A stretch of DNA of 64,000 nucleotides from Mobula hypostoma. Lineage: Eukaryota. Location: NCBI RefSeq assembly GCF_963921235.1, contig NC_086112.1:35030001-35094000 (forward strand), written 5' to 3'. Positions 12,467 to 27,400 of this stretch are shown piece after piece. Within the stretch, counting starts at the first letter, position 1, and the number at the start of each line of letters is the position of its first letter. Position numbers and translations under genes: made by a program. Below the pieces are notes generated by a model. That model saw only the letters and a list, made by a program, of their open reading frames with translations, searched no databases and was not told where the DNA came from.

Positions 12467-15400
12467 GTAAGCATTTATAATTCCCAGTCTTGCTCTTTGC
12501 ACAGATGGTTATTAAAAACAGTTACGTTGCTTGAATTTCCAGCATCTGCAGAATTCCTGTTGTTTACATTTTTGATAGGAAGATTTTCTCCTTTAGTTTT
12601 TGGGGTAGCGAATTAAAAAAAGCCTTTGGCCATTGGATCTTCATAAATCAAAGTATTGAGAACAAGAGATAGGATGTTATGTTGAAGTTGTATAAGATGT
12701 TGGTGAGGCCTAATTTAGAGAATTGTGTGCAGTCTTGGTCACCTACCTACACAACAGATGTAAATAAGGCTGGAATATTACAGAGAAAATTTACAAGGAT
12801 GTTGCCAGAACTGGAGGTCCTGAGCTATAAGGAAAGATTGAATAGTTAGGACTTTATTCCATGGAACATCGAAGATTGAAGGGAGATTTCATAGAGGTAT
12901 ACCAAATTATGAAGGGTATAGATATGGTAAATGCAAGCAGGCTTTTTCCACTGAGGTTGTGTGGGACTACAACTAGAGGTCATAGATTAAGGGGAAAAGG
13001 TGAGAAGATTAGGGGAACATGAGGGGAAACTTCTTCACTCAGAGGGTTGTGAGAGTGGAACAAGCTGCCAGAGCAAGTGGTAAATGCAAGCATGATTTCA
13101 ACATTTAAGAGAAGTTTGGATAGTACATGGATGGTAGAAGTGTGGAGGGCTGTAGTCCAGACACAGGTTGATGGGAGTAGGCAATTTAAATGGTTTGGCA
13201 TGGACTAGATGAGTCAAAGTGACTGTTTCTGTGCTGTACTTTTCTATGACTCTATTACTTGATTTTGTGAAGTGCATTCAGCTTCACTTTATAGAGAAGT
13301 AGAAGTGTGGAGGGCTGTGGTCCAGACACAGGTTGATGGGAGTAGGCAATTTAAATGGTTTGGCATGGACTAGATGAGTCAAAGTGACTGTTTCTGTGCT
13401 GTACTTTTCTATGACTCTATTACTTGATTTTGTGAAGTGCATTCAGCTTCACTTTATAGAGAAGTCTCAATAAACTTTGCTATAGTTGTGTAATTTTTGT
13501 AAACATATATGCATGTTCAATGCTCTGCTAATAAGAATAGATTTATTCATTTTGGTTCAATTATTTCATTGATTATTGCCATAAATGTGCCATAAAGGTA
13601 TAGCATCTGCATGACATATCACCAGTGTGTTTGCCCTTGCATAAGACCAAAAGCCACAAGAACAGAATTAGGCCATGTAATCCATTGAGTCTGCTCCACC
13701 ACTCAATCATGGCGGATTTATTTTCTCTCTCAATCCCATTCTCCCGTCTTCTCCTTGTAACCTTTGACATGTTTACTAATCAACAAACTACCAACTTTCA
13801 CTTTAGAGGCATGAGGGAGGATCTCATTAGTTATATCAAATATTGAAAGGCCTAGATAGATTGGATGTAGAGAGGATGTTTCCAATCGTCAGGAGAGTTT
13901 AGGACCAGAACGCACAGCCTCAGAATTCAAGAATGTCCCTTTAGAACAGAGAGGAGAAGGAATTTCTTTAGCCAGACGGTGGCAAATCTGTGGAATTCAT
14001 TGTTACAGTCCAGATTATCATTGGAAAAAGTCCCTTTCAGCAGCATTATCCACTTAACCGTTCTGTGCATCAATTCCTATTGAATTGAACTTGTAAATAT
14101 AAATTTCAAAGTAATTTTCAGACTTTATGCTGCTTTGTGATGACAATCAAGAAATCCAAAACAATGTAAATCTGCTTACATGATCTTTATGACTATTGGA
14201 ATAGTAGTTATTCAATATTTTTGGATTACCTTTGACAACTTGTGAACAAAGGTTCGATTTTTCTAATAATGGCATTGCATTGTCAAGATAGTTGACAAAA
14301 TCAATTAATTATGAGAATATCTCATAGGTTGTGTTTCCTTTCCTTGTAATGATAAGGATTCAAATATAATTGAGAAGCTATTGTTAGTATGTTTGGAAAT
14401 ATTTCTATGAATGAATTACATTACTAAAGCAGACCATTATTCAACAGACTTCCACTGATTTATTAAATGTTAATAATGTTACCACGCCACATTCACAGAT
14501 AACATAGAGTACAGTCCATACCAAACTGTTATTCTGCCTCATCCGATTGACCCACACCTGGATCCTACTCCATACTCCTTCCATCCAAGTACTTATCCAA
14601 ATTTCTCTTCTATATTGCAATCAACTCTGCATCAATCACTTCCACTGGCAGGTCGTTCCACACTCTCACTGATCTCTGAGTGAAGAAGTTACCCCTGAGT
14701 TTTCCCTTAAGTATTTCACCTTTCACCAATGACCTCTCACCCAACCTCAGTGGAAAAAATCCGCATGAAGTTACCCTATCTATACCCCGCATGATTTTGG
14801 ATACCTCTAACAAGTCTCATTCTCCTGCACCCCAGGGAAAATAGCCCTAACCTATTCAACCTTTCCCTAAAATTCAGGTCCTAGTCCTGACATTATCTTT
14901 GTAAATTTTCTCTGTAATTTTTCAATCTCATTGATATGTTTGAGAATGATACCTCTAATGATGTGAGTTGTGATTAGGACATCCAGATCGTTAATAAGTT
15001 TAAGAAAATCTTTTGACCAACAAAGATGTACAGATCAAGCAACACTAGGTGATCTATAAATATGCGATGAAGTAAAATGTCCACATCTTTCACCCGCTGT
15101 ATAGAAGACAATACATTAACTGTAGAGATGTATCACTACTGTGATATTTTCTTCCACCTACCCAAACGTAGCCTTCTTCCCTTGATGGAGCAACCGTTAG
15201 ACCATTTCCTGGTTTTGACCCAAATGCTGATGCAACTGCAATAAATAATGCACTCGAAGCAAAAGGTAAGCAGATTTTTAATCTTTAATCTGGCTTGATT
15301 TTAATATGTTATCTTAGGGAATTACTGGTTCCTTGAACTGATATAAATTCAGTCATTCTTCCAATGGTTTATTGACTGTATTTTGCAACTTGGTACTGAT

Positions 15401-18400
15401 TTAAATGCAGAAATAACTAAGTTCATTTGTCACAAGCTCAATCACAAAACTTCCTCGACCCCAGAGTCATGCAGCACAGAAACAGGCCCTTTGGCCCACC
15501 ATTTCCATGGTAACCATTAATTCATTAATTCTAATCCAGGCTACTAGTTTTGGTTCATAACCTTGGGTATCTTAATGATTTGGTTACTAGTCCCAATAGT
15601 ATTTACACGTTGAGAGTACCTGCCTCTACTTCCCTTTCCTCATTCCAATACCCTTGGTGATATGTTCAGATTGTCTCCAAAGCTAGCTCTTAACCTTGTC
15701 CGACATCTATGTCTTCTGGTATTAGATATCTATAATAGGGTAGGTTTTCTACTATCTTCATGACTATGTTCTGAATTTTGCATGCTTGTCTCATGTTCTC
15801 CCTCAGCTGCACTTATTGCAAGGAAAACATACCCAGTCTATCCAGCTGCTTCTCTTTAAGAAAATGCAGTGCAACCACATCCTTCCTGTAGTATAGTGAC
15901 CAGAATTCTTCTGCACCAAGGTCCTTCTGTTCCTTGGTCCTCCCTAAGGACCTGCCATTCAATGTTTATTTAAACCTTGTTTGTCTTCCCAAGGTACATC
16001 AGCCTCACACTTATCAGAGTCAAATTCCACCAGCCATAGCTGTAAACCAAATCTTCTGAAATGTTTGTATTAATTTTTCAAACAAAGATTGAAATTTTTC
16101 CAAAAAAACCTTGTGGTGTCTTGGTACTAACTTGTGGAATTTCATCAGTCATTTTGATTAGAATCTTCCCTTGTCTTCTAAATTATGGATTTCTTTGACT
16201 GTCATTGCATGCTGATTTTAAGGTGTGGATGAAGATACAATCATAGACATTTTGACAACACGAACTAATTGTCAACGGCAACAAATAGCAGCAGCTTATC
16301 AACAGGCTGTTGGAAAGGTCAGTTATTCCTTAAGCTGGTCTTGTTGGGGTGAAGTGCACAAACCAGAATTAATTCCTTGATTTTATTATATGATTTTTAC
16401 ATAGAGACTGATAATCTGAATTTTTTTATATCCTGCCAGCGACTCAAAGATGTCATTAAGAGAAATCTGTCCAAGAAGCTGGAGACAGTGGCTCTTGATC
16501 TGCTGAAGACTCCAGCTCAGTATGATGCACATCAGATGCATTCTGCTATGAAGGTAATCATTTCAATAACTGTATTTGATCCTTTTTTCAGTAAAGAAAA
16601 ATCCTTAATCTTTATATTGAAACTTCTTGCAGCTAATGGACAATATACTGGTGAGGTCAATAAAAAAAATATTCTTGATTTTACTAGCCAGTTTTTCCAC
16701 TTTTTTAGGATACCCATGCAATGACCTTTGCTCAAAAGCTTCCATTGGCAATCCATATGAAAGATGGACACTATTTTCCCCCTATTTGGGATATCCTCAG
16801 AGCCTCCTAATCAGCTTTGCACAAAACTCTATTTCTTTCACTGACTAAGTGTACTGTTAGTGGCTTTCCCAGGATGTGCATACTTAAACTAAATCCTGTT
16901 TCTTTGTACAACTTTCTGTGGCGTTTACAGTACTTTGCTTTTCTGGCCTTTCATTTGAACACTGGGTAAAACTGAAATGGGAAACTAAATTTTAGCACTA
17001 TTAAAGAGGCACATTAAATGTGTCCATTAACTTATCTTAGTGGGGGAGGAGGGAGTGGGACCTGAAGTTTAACACAGTCTGTGCCCTTTCACTCAAGCAT
17101 CTTGCCCATTTAGTGGAATGGTTAAAAATTACCAATACATTATGGCCATCAATTCTGTATTTTAATCTTTTAACAGTTGAAAGTTTGTTGGTAAAGGAAC
17201 AATTTATTTTTACAGAGTAGAGGAAATTCTTGGCAAATATAGATCAGAGTGAATTGAACTTCATATAGATCAGAGTGAATTGAACTTCATACAGATTAAG
17301 AAATTAGTAAATTTAATGATAGAATATGTGAGGGCAGTCAGGAGAAAACGAATGAGATTACTACCAATTAAATCATGGAATAAGATTTTATTTGTGGCAT
17401 TTGCTGAGATGAGCCTTGCAATTTGGAAACACAATCCATCTTTGATCCAATCCTTCAAACTATGCAGGTGTTATTAATTTTCAACTTTTTGTATTGATAG
17501 GGTCTAGGTACTGATGAAGGTACATTGGTGGAAATACTTGTAACCAGGGGAAACAAGGAGAAAAATGACTTGATTAAAGCCTACAAAGAAGGTAATGCAT
17601 TTGATATTGTGTGCTTGGGGGACATTTTAGGATGTTGGGGAATGGAACTTCATTTAAATTTTCAACAACTTTTTTCCCAGAATTTAAGAAAGATCTGGCA
17701 GAAAACATAAAAGGTGATACATCTGGAGCATTTCAAAAAGCTTTGCTCATGCTACTTGAGGTACTGCAAACTACATTTTACTTTGTTCAAATGTCCTTTC
17801 AATGCTTCTGTATTTTGTATTTTGGATTGTATTCAACAAATAAGAAAGCAATAATTAACTGTCCAACTTTAAGCAAGGCAAAAAAAAACTTTACCTCATT
17901 GACATGATGAGGGTATTTCTCAACGCTATCTAAGATTTCCCTGAGATATAATGAATTGTCTTGAACAACTAGTGTATCTTATTTAGCTGAAGGCAGAAGA
18001 GTCTGTTGTTTGGACTTGATTGCAATGGATAATGTTCATATTTCTAAGTCTGGATGATATGTGACCTGCACCACCAAATTCAGGTACAGTTGCTACCATC
18101 AGGCTCCTGAACGAGCATGGATAACTTCAGTCAAGTCTGAATGGATTCTGCAACCAATGGATACACTTTCAAGGACTCTCCATCTCCTGTTCTCAGCATT
18201 GTACCCTTATTTTTATTTTTTATTTGAAGTTTGTCTTCTTTTACACTTTGATTGTTTGTCAGTCTTTGTGTGTAGGTTTACATAGATTCATTTATGCCTC
18301 TGTTCTACTGTGAACGCCTGCAACAAATAAATTTCAAGACAGTTTATGGTGATGTACACATAGTTTGATAATAAATTCACTTTGCTCTTTGGGGAAAATG

Positions 18401-21400
18401 AAGCTCGTGGTCCCATGTGTCCTATTTCTCTGGTCCTTGATGTACAAGTGTTGTTGGAATATCAACTGTACTGTGGTGAGAGGACTGAATATGAAACTAT
18501 ATGAGTTAACAATAAAGCACTATTTTAAGTTGTCAAGCTGCATTCATCCCTGAAGGTAGAGAGTATTCCACAGTGCTCCTGGTTTCTTGTAGATAATGCA
18601 AGACTTGAATTAAGCTGCAAGTCATTGCCACATGATACCTGGCCTTTGATCCCCTTGAAACCAGAGTACGAGGGGTGATTGATAAGTTTGTGGGCTAAGG
18701 TAGAGGGGGTCAATTTTAGAAAACCTAGCACATTTATTTTTCCTACATTTACACACTTAGTCCAGTGGTCGTGGAGCATTCGGATCCCTTCTTTGTAGAA
18801 GTCGGCATCTTGGACCTCCAGAAGTGGTTCACAGCAGGGGTCATTGATAGGTTCAAGGCCTAAAGTAGAAGGAGATGTTACTAACTTCAAAATTTCTGCA
18901 TTTTCACTCAAAGAGTTGAACTGCACGTGCATGTAACAAGAGCTGTATAACTCATCTCCTTCTACCTAAGGCCACAAACTTATCAATCACCCCTGCTGTG
19001 GACCACCTGGAGGTCCAAGATGCTCTCGTTATATGCACGTGCAGTTCAACTCTTGGAATGATAATGCAGAAAGATTGAGTTAATAACTCAGCTCCTTCTA
19101 CCTTAGGCCACGAACTTATCAATCACCCCTGCTTTGGGCCACTTCTACAAAGAATGGATCCGTATGCTCCATGACCACTGAACTGTGTACATGTAGGAGG
19201 GGACTATGCTGAAAATAAATGTGTTAGGTTTTCTAAAATTGACTCCTTCTACCTTAGGCCACAAACTTATCAATCATCCCTCATATTTTTGACTGTTCTA
19301 TTTAAGTTAATGATGATTGCCATACTCAGTGTTTATGGAGAGCTGCCTAGTAATGGGTTAAACTTTGATCTTGCCTGAAATTTGTGGGTCTTCCTGCATT
19401 AATAGCTTCAAATGCTGAGAAGTTCCAAATGAAATGAAACAGTACTATAGTCATCAGTAAACATTACTACATCTTTGCCCAAAGGTAAAGCAAATGGGAT
19501 CTGGCTTCTCTCAATTTTCAGTAGTATAATCATCATCATTATGGGCTGTGTCATATGACATGGGCAGTCTTGGTCTCCATGGCCATGATTTTTCTTGGCA
19601 ATTTTTTCTATAGGAGTGTTTGTCATTACCTTCTTTCGGGCAGTGTCTTTACAAGATGGGTGACCCCAGCCATATCAATATCTTCAGAAGTTGTCTGCCT
19701 GGTGTCAGTGGTTGCATAACAGGGATTTGTGATATGCACCAGCTGCTCATACACCTGTCCAGTCCCTGCTACTATGGCTTCACGTGTGTTCCACAGGCTC
19801 CACACTGCCACCCCATCAATAAAAGGATGTGTCTTTCACAAGTGCTATTGAGCGGTGCTCATTTTAGTTTATGACGAAGTTCATGAAATGTTATCAAGGG
19901 GAATGATAATTAGGATCTTGAAATAAAACTCCCAGATGATGGAAATACAAAAATTACATTGAGCATCATCTGTGGTGAGAATTGAAATTCGGAGTCAAGG
20001 ACTCACCATTAGAACTAAAGGGAGAAAATGGATTTAAAATTGTGCAGAGAATGGACGGGTAATCTGTGAGGCATAAACAAAAGCTGTTGAGGTAATTTTC
20101 AAAATCTGGGAGTTGGAACAAAATTGACGCAAAGGTGCAGCCACATTCATGGAGGAGAAGTGTTTCCCTAAAAACGGCTTAAACCTCAATATTAAAGCCA
20201 AAGATTCTAATGTAACGAGTGGGAGGGGGAGATGCTGGTAAATATGCTGGTTATCAATAGAGCAACACGAGTCAAGTAAAGTGATGAGCAACTAGAAACT
20301 TAGAATCAACATGTGGATTAAATGAAGGTGCTTTGTAAAGCAGCCACCCAATGTAGGTCTGTATGCTCCAGTCTAGAGGAGGCCTAATTCAGTACTAAAT
20401 GCAGTGCTCTACATTCAAGATGCTGCTTCATGCAGAAGGACTCTTTCCTTCTCTGATAGTTGGAAGGGAAGTATGGAACGAGAGAGGAATGGTTGGTGGA
20501 GATGAAGTGAAACAATCAGGGACGATGAATCTTTTGAAATGAGTCTTCTCACTTTTGCCAGTTCTGATGCCACAAAACATTTTGTTTCTCTCCCCTGACA
20601 CTGCCTGATCAGAATGCTTCCAACATTTGTTTTTACTGTCAGGATGTGGTCTGACTGTAAGTCTTTTGTAGCTTCATTAGAGCTAACTGAATTAATGTTG
20701 CAGATTTATAGTTTTCAAGTCTGTGATTTTAATTTTCAAGTCCACAGGAAAATTTTTATTTATAAATAGGGTGGGAAGAATTATCATAAACAGGAGTTTG
20801 TACTTGGCCCTAGTCTATTTTAAGTATCTATATTGCACAGCAAACGTATTGTATAAATATAGCTAACTTCAAAAGATCCTGGAATTCCCTGCCTTTTAAG
20901 AAAATGGTTGAACATAATTCCCCCTGAACATAGTTCTTGCTGGACTGTTGAGTATTCCTTATGTTCACAGGCACTTTGGGATACTTGTGTGTAATGGGGG
21001 TAGGGGGTTAGAAAGGAATAAAGATTTACTCTCATTTCCAATACAAGATGCATAATTACAGTACCAAACTGACTTGACTGTCAACTAGAACAGCAAAGTA
21101 AATGTTACAATTGACATGAAGATACTATAGCCAAGTTCCTCTAACCTGTATTGTCCTTCCCATAAAAGATGTGAATATGAATTCATTACAAATAATTGTT
21201 ATTTCTTGCCCCATTAAATTACTAGCAGTTGTGCATTAACTATTTAAGGGCTGCTTGTACCTTTGCTATGATCCTCTGCAGCTATTTTGAGGATTTTTAA
21301 ACTTCAAGATGACTAAATTATATGTACACTCTGTTTTCTTGGAAGGAATTTTATATTTGATAAAGACTTAAATTATGCATTTTAATTTTAGTGGCGCAGA

Positions 21401-24400
21401 AGCCTCACTAACTAGAAAGTCACATCGGTTCCTCTGAGTGCTCTGGTTTTCTCCCACATTCTAAAGATATATGGGTTAGTAGGTTAATTGGGCACATGCG
21501 TGTAATTATGTGGTGCAGGCTTGTTGGCCTGAAAGGGCCTGTTAATATGCTGTATTTCTAAATAAAAATCTCCTTAAACCTCAGTCAACCAGAGATGAAA
21601 GTAATGAAGTGGATCATGATCTTGCTGATGATGATGCAAGGGTAAGTTGAATGCATTTCTCAAAATTCAAACTATTTTGGTTAAGACTGCTGAAGTAACT
21701 GAAAGACCAAACTATGTCCTTTGTTCAGGCTTTGTATGAAGCTGGTGAAAAACAGAAAGGGACAGATATTGACACATTCGTTAAACTTCTGTCAAGCAGG
21801 AACACTGAGCATCTAAAAACTGGTAAGATTACATCAAACATCAACATACTAACATATCTGGCTCAACTATGTAACCACTGTTTGATGAATAATGGGTTAC
21901 TAAGTAGTAAGTTTTAAATCCGTGTGTTCAAATTTCAAGTGGTGCAAGATGCCTTATTTGTGGCTTGTACTGATTTACTTGAGTTATGATGTGATAAGAG
22001 TTGGACATATTGCAGGAAAGTTCCAATTTATTTAACTCTATACAATTCATGGCCCAAAATGAAAATCTCTCATTCTTCATTTACCTCAGCATTAAAGTTT
22101 AAGACCAGAAGACTTGGGTAGAATTAGGCTATTTGGCACATTGCGTCTGCTCCACCATTTCCTCAAGGCTAATTTATTTTCCCTCCGTAAGACATCTTAA
22201 TTTAGATTTTTACCAAAGAACAAAGGCTGTTTAAATCTTGATTTGCTCTTGTGTGATACCACCCACAGTGTTTCATGTGTATCATGGTAAACACAAGACA
22301 AAGCACTGTATAATTTACATGATATCAGATAGAAAAAGTGACAGCAATGCTTTTTTTTAGGAAAAGGAAGTTGAATTTGTAGGAACTTACAAATTTGGGG
22401 AAAAGAACATTCCTTCATAATACTGCATGAAAGATAAAAAGTGCATGCAAAATAAAATAGCTCTGATGTGATTGCTTATTGTTACTTCGAAACTTCCTAG
22501 ACTGGTATTGGAGAATTTGTTTGGATAAACAGTTTGACTAATCCTACGATTAAATAAGACTTTCATACTTCCCTTGATTATGCATTGGTATCTGAAGTGA
22601 CCCCAGTACATAAGAGGGGTTTGAAACATTTTCCAGATTGTATTTTGCATCCAATTTATAATTGGATTAAATACTCAAGACTTGAACTTTGAAGTGTTTA
22701 AACTAAAATATAGCAACATTCTGAGCTATAAATTTGTATAAATTAAAAAAAAAATTCATGCATCATTGAGAAAACCTAGTCACTGTCCTGTCTTTTCATC
22801 TTAGTGTTTGAGAGGTACACAAAGTACAGTCCACATGATGTGGGCAAGGCCTTGGATCTTGAGCTGAAAGGGGACATAGAAACTTTACTAATATCTTTGG
22901 GTAAGTAAATCTAGAAGCTGTGCTAATCAGTTTAAATATTATCCAAGTGAAATTTAACTACATTATAGTGACGGTGCCTCTAGATTTACCAATGGTTTAT
23001 TTGTTGGTACTCATAAAAAACTCTTCAAAAGTGAGCCAAAACCATATTTTTTTTTATTAATTCACTCAACAATCTCAAACACCAACGGTATTCAGCAAAC
23101 ACTTCATGGAAGTAATGCCAACTTAGAACTGATGTTCAGCTGCTGATAATTGGATGTGGTGCTTAACATTCAAAGTGGATTTTAATGATCATGTTTAGAA
23201 TGGAAGCATCACATTGTTAAAATGGGTTCAACTCTTGTGTGACTAGTAGTAGGCGTTTGGATATGTACAATTATACTTATTTACCTATCCTTGCTAGAAC
23301 ATCACATTTTGGTGCATGAACATATGTAAGTCTCTGCTTTCAGAAATGACTGATTCCTGTCAGACTAAAATGCAGACAAATGGGCTCAGCTTCAGGATGT
23401 TGGCCGTGATCAAGGGCAAGTTGAAAAATGTACTGAGAGAAATCTTCCGTTCTATTTCAAGAATTTTACACAAGCATACGTTTGAAAAACAACTTATCCA
23501 ACAATTAAAGTTGCTTCCATTGATGTGAAGTGCATTCAAAAATATTGAACTTGTATCATTTGGGATAAGTAGTGCTACAATTCAATATTCTGAAAATTCA
23601 CTGCATTCCCATTAAATATAGCACTTGTGTAAAAGGCTCAAACTTAAGAATGGTTAATAATAATCCAGAACCAAAGAACTGACAAATTTTACATCAGTTC
23701 AAAGGCAAAATATTTGAGTACTGAAGCTGGGAAGCCAGTCTATTTCCTTGACAATCAGTGTGAATCTGTTTGAAGCAGTACTTCTGAACTGAGGCTATTT
23801 GTACTACCTCTGTAGGATGGGTAATATAAAAGCTAGCATAGAGTTAATAAATTGAATAGCCATCAAATGTTTTAAGGAAATGTATGAAATTAAGTCTTCA
23901 CATCTTCCTTTATTGCTGAGTGGAAAGGTTTTTGGAAGATGGCAGCAAACAATAATTTCTCTAGGTTCAGTTCTTCACCACAGCAAAATATTATGTAATA
24001 GCAACATTAAGTGGATAGGAGGAAATCTACTTAGCTTCATCAGGAGTTAGAAATTTTTTGTACAATCAATTCTCAGATTAAACATACATCACATTTGGGT
24101 TCATCAATTTGGTGACTTATCCAAATTCCATTTTGAGAGGTGACACCAGACTGCAGATATTGGTTGCTGAAGGGAGTAACTGGATAAAGAAATCAGTGAG
24201 TCACCCAGCATCTGTAGAGGAGAAGTTAACATTTTGGGTCAAGACCCTGTATCAGAACTGAGATTGTCTAAAGTGGTAAGGGGCCATGCCCAAGAGCATA
24301 TTGAAGCAACATGGCCCAAGTCCGAGAGCAAGGAACAATATAACTTCCTACATTTGGCCAACTTAAGCACTGGGCCAGATTGAAAACGTCAGGATGTTGA

Positions 24401-27400
24401 GGCCAGAAGAGAGGGATGGGCTGATGTTCAGCATATTGCTTGGTGAGGTTTACTTGTCTCTGCACTGAACTGAGGCTGTGGCTTGCAACTAATGGGCTCC
24501 TGGATGGGCTGCAGTGATGACTAGCTGCATGGTTGTGGACTCACTTTCGTGAACTTCAGTTCTGAATGTTATTTGTGAACTCTTATTGTTTGCATGTTTT
24601 TTTCCCCCCTGCAGATTGGGTGTTTGATGGTCTTCTTTGTTAATGGGTTCTATTCGGTTTCTTTGTTTTCCTACTACCTGTAAAGAGATGAAACTCAAGG
24701 TTGTAAATAGTACACATACTTTGATAATAAATGTACATTGAACTTTGGTGAGGTGCAGGAGCTGGAGGTGATGGGTGGAATAAGGAGAGGAGAATGAAGG
24801 ATAGATGGAATCAGGCAGGGGACAGTGGAGGCTTCTACCTGCCAGCAGCTGCTTTGCCTCTCACCATTGCTACTTTATACATACTCTGTCCTGATACAGG
24901 ATCACAACCTGAAATGTTGACCATTCACCTGTCTCCACAGATGTTGCCTGATGCACATAGTTTCCGCAGCAGTTTTCTGTTTGTTCAACCTTTAGATATT
25001 TGCCAAAGTAAGTGGTATTTACAAGCATTTAGAGGTGATTCCCAGTATAGAAATACCACTGTTCCTAAAGCCTGCATTCCAATTCTATAACAAAATTTGT
25101 TGTATCAAAAGGAACTTGAATTTTATAGTAATGTCACTTTTTTTTGTACATAGTAAAATGCATTGGCAATAGACCAGCCTACTTTGCTGAGAGGTTGCAA
25201 GCTTCAATGAAGGTGAGTGTGCCAAGTGTTTGAGAAGCAACAGGTAAATTACTGAAAGGTATAGTAGAAAAATTAAGCCCATAAGCTTAAAAGGGGCTGT
25301 AGCATTATGGTGGAAAACTAAATCACCAGACAGACAGCAGATGCTGGTAATTTTGAAAAAAGATGCTGGAAACATTCATCAGGTCAGACAGCATTTGTAG
25401 AATGTACTGTGATTTCAGGTCAAGCATCTTTCATCAGAAATGGCAAAAGGAACAAGTTAACTTTAGCTGCAGATAAAATGAAAAGGGGTGGATGGATTAG
25501 ACAGTGACCCTCTAAGGTGAGGTTAAATCTGCTTTGGTTGATGAAGTCATTCAGTTGTTGGACTAATTGAGGTAGCTGGAGCAACAATGCAAGTGTTGTT
25601 GAGGTTGGAGGAAATGGCCATCAGATCAGGCAGTGTCAATGAAGAGAAATTGAATAACTTAAAATAACTAACAGAAAAACTGGCCAGATCTAATGCAAAT
25701 GTGTTACCTGGAATTCAGTTTGATAGCACAGGTAACTTCACTGAAATAAAATTTTGAGATGCTGCTTATGAAAGTGTAGGAAGCCATATGTAGATCAGAG
25801 TTGATGGAGAATTAGTGACTGGCAACTGGAAACTTAGTCATCCTTGCAGACTAATGAAGGTGCTCTAAATTAGTCATCTGTGTGCATTGTCCTCTAATGT
25901 GGGTTACATTAAGCACAGTGCAAAACATATTAAGTTGTTTTTGCAGACCATAGAGAAATGAAGTTTGGGATTCAGTATTAGGACCCTGTTGCTTTTATTG
26001 CATATTAATGATTTGTAAGTAAAGATACAATGCAAATATTAAGAAACCAATTTGTGGGATAGCAAGACAGGCTACATTTGATACAGAAAAGTGAGATTGA
26101 CAGAAGAGTGGAGGAAAAGATGTGCTGTGTTTAACTATGTACATTCATGCCTTTCTAGCACCTTGGAAATTAATCCAAAACTTATTTTTGCACTTTCAGG
26201 GTTATGGTACAGATGATAATACTTTGATCAGAATTGTAGTTTCCCGTTCTGAAGTGGATTTGAAGGATATTAAAGTGGAATACAAAGCTAAATTTGGAAA
26301 AACCCTTAACACTGCCATCAAGGTAAGATGAGTTTTCACTTTTGCGTTTGGTCTACAATTCTGAACATTCCACTTACTTTGTAACCCAGTGTCTGTGGCA
26401 GTTAGTCTGCGAGGATGGAAGAACAAAGGTGTAGAATTGATAATCTTGATCATTGTGGAAAAATTGGTATAAAGTCCTTAACCGTAGAATTAAATAACAA
26501 AAATATGTGCAGGACAAACTATTTAGCAAACCCAATTCCTTTCTGAGGTGCCTTAGTAATTGATAAATATGAGTATAGGATGGTCTTCCATGAATCCTTT
26601 GAATCCACAAACATGTAGCTAATAAAATTTAGTTGTACAGCAGAAATGGGTTCATTAATTTATCAGGCCTATGCTACCCCAGTAGCCACTTGCATTAGTC
26701 TCATGTTCTCCCACATTCCCAGCTGGGGTAAAATTTAATGGCCAATTAACTGCCAATCCACATGCCTTTGGAATGTTGGAGGAAACTAGAGCACCCGTAG
26801 GAACCCATGAAGTCATGAACATACAAATTCCACAAAGCATCTGTGGTTAGGATTAAACCTGGGTTTCAGCTGTGAGGAAGCACCTCTATCACTGTGCCAC
26901 TGCTTTCCAAAATTCTGTGGCCTTGAACTGTTCATTAGTTAGTGACTTGTATAAATAAATACGCCAGCTTAATGAGCTTGTGAATTTGATATGACATAGA
27001 GGTAGCTCAGAATTGTACAGATATTGACTGTAATGCTGCCATAGTGCTTTCTCCATGTTGAGGCTACTTTCATTCAGAATTCTAAATATTTAAAAGCCGA
27101 GGTTATAGCCTCAAATATTTAGGTATGATTGTATGCAAATTTGTCTGAAGAACTTGCTTTGTTGGTTAGATGTGGTTAATAAACAGCTGGGATATCTGAA
27201 CTTTCAATACTAAACTTCAGAATATTGCCCTTGGAATGAGCGCAGCATACTTAACAGAATATTTGTCAGAAGTAACAAAATACTATTCTTGGTTTATATT
27301 TACAAAGGAAGCACTAGTAACTTTTTCCCCTTTTCTAGAAAGTTTGCATTACATTGAAGTTTAAACAGTATCTTATTGGATAAAGTATTCATTCAAGTAT

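Noticed and set aside
18669-19283. CRISPR-like recurring repeats of about 35 bp
   Set aside because: Repeats occur in both orientations with related, irregular spacers; they are mariner TIRs, and no cas genes are present
23525-23548. VKCIQKY* resembling the annexin VKC exon
   Set aside because: No AG acceptor and an immediate stop; the true 59-nt exon is at 25154-25212
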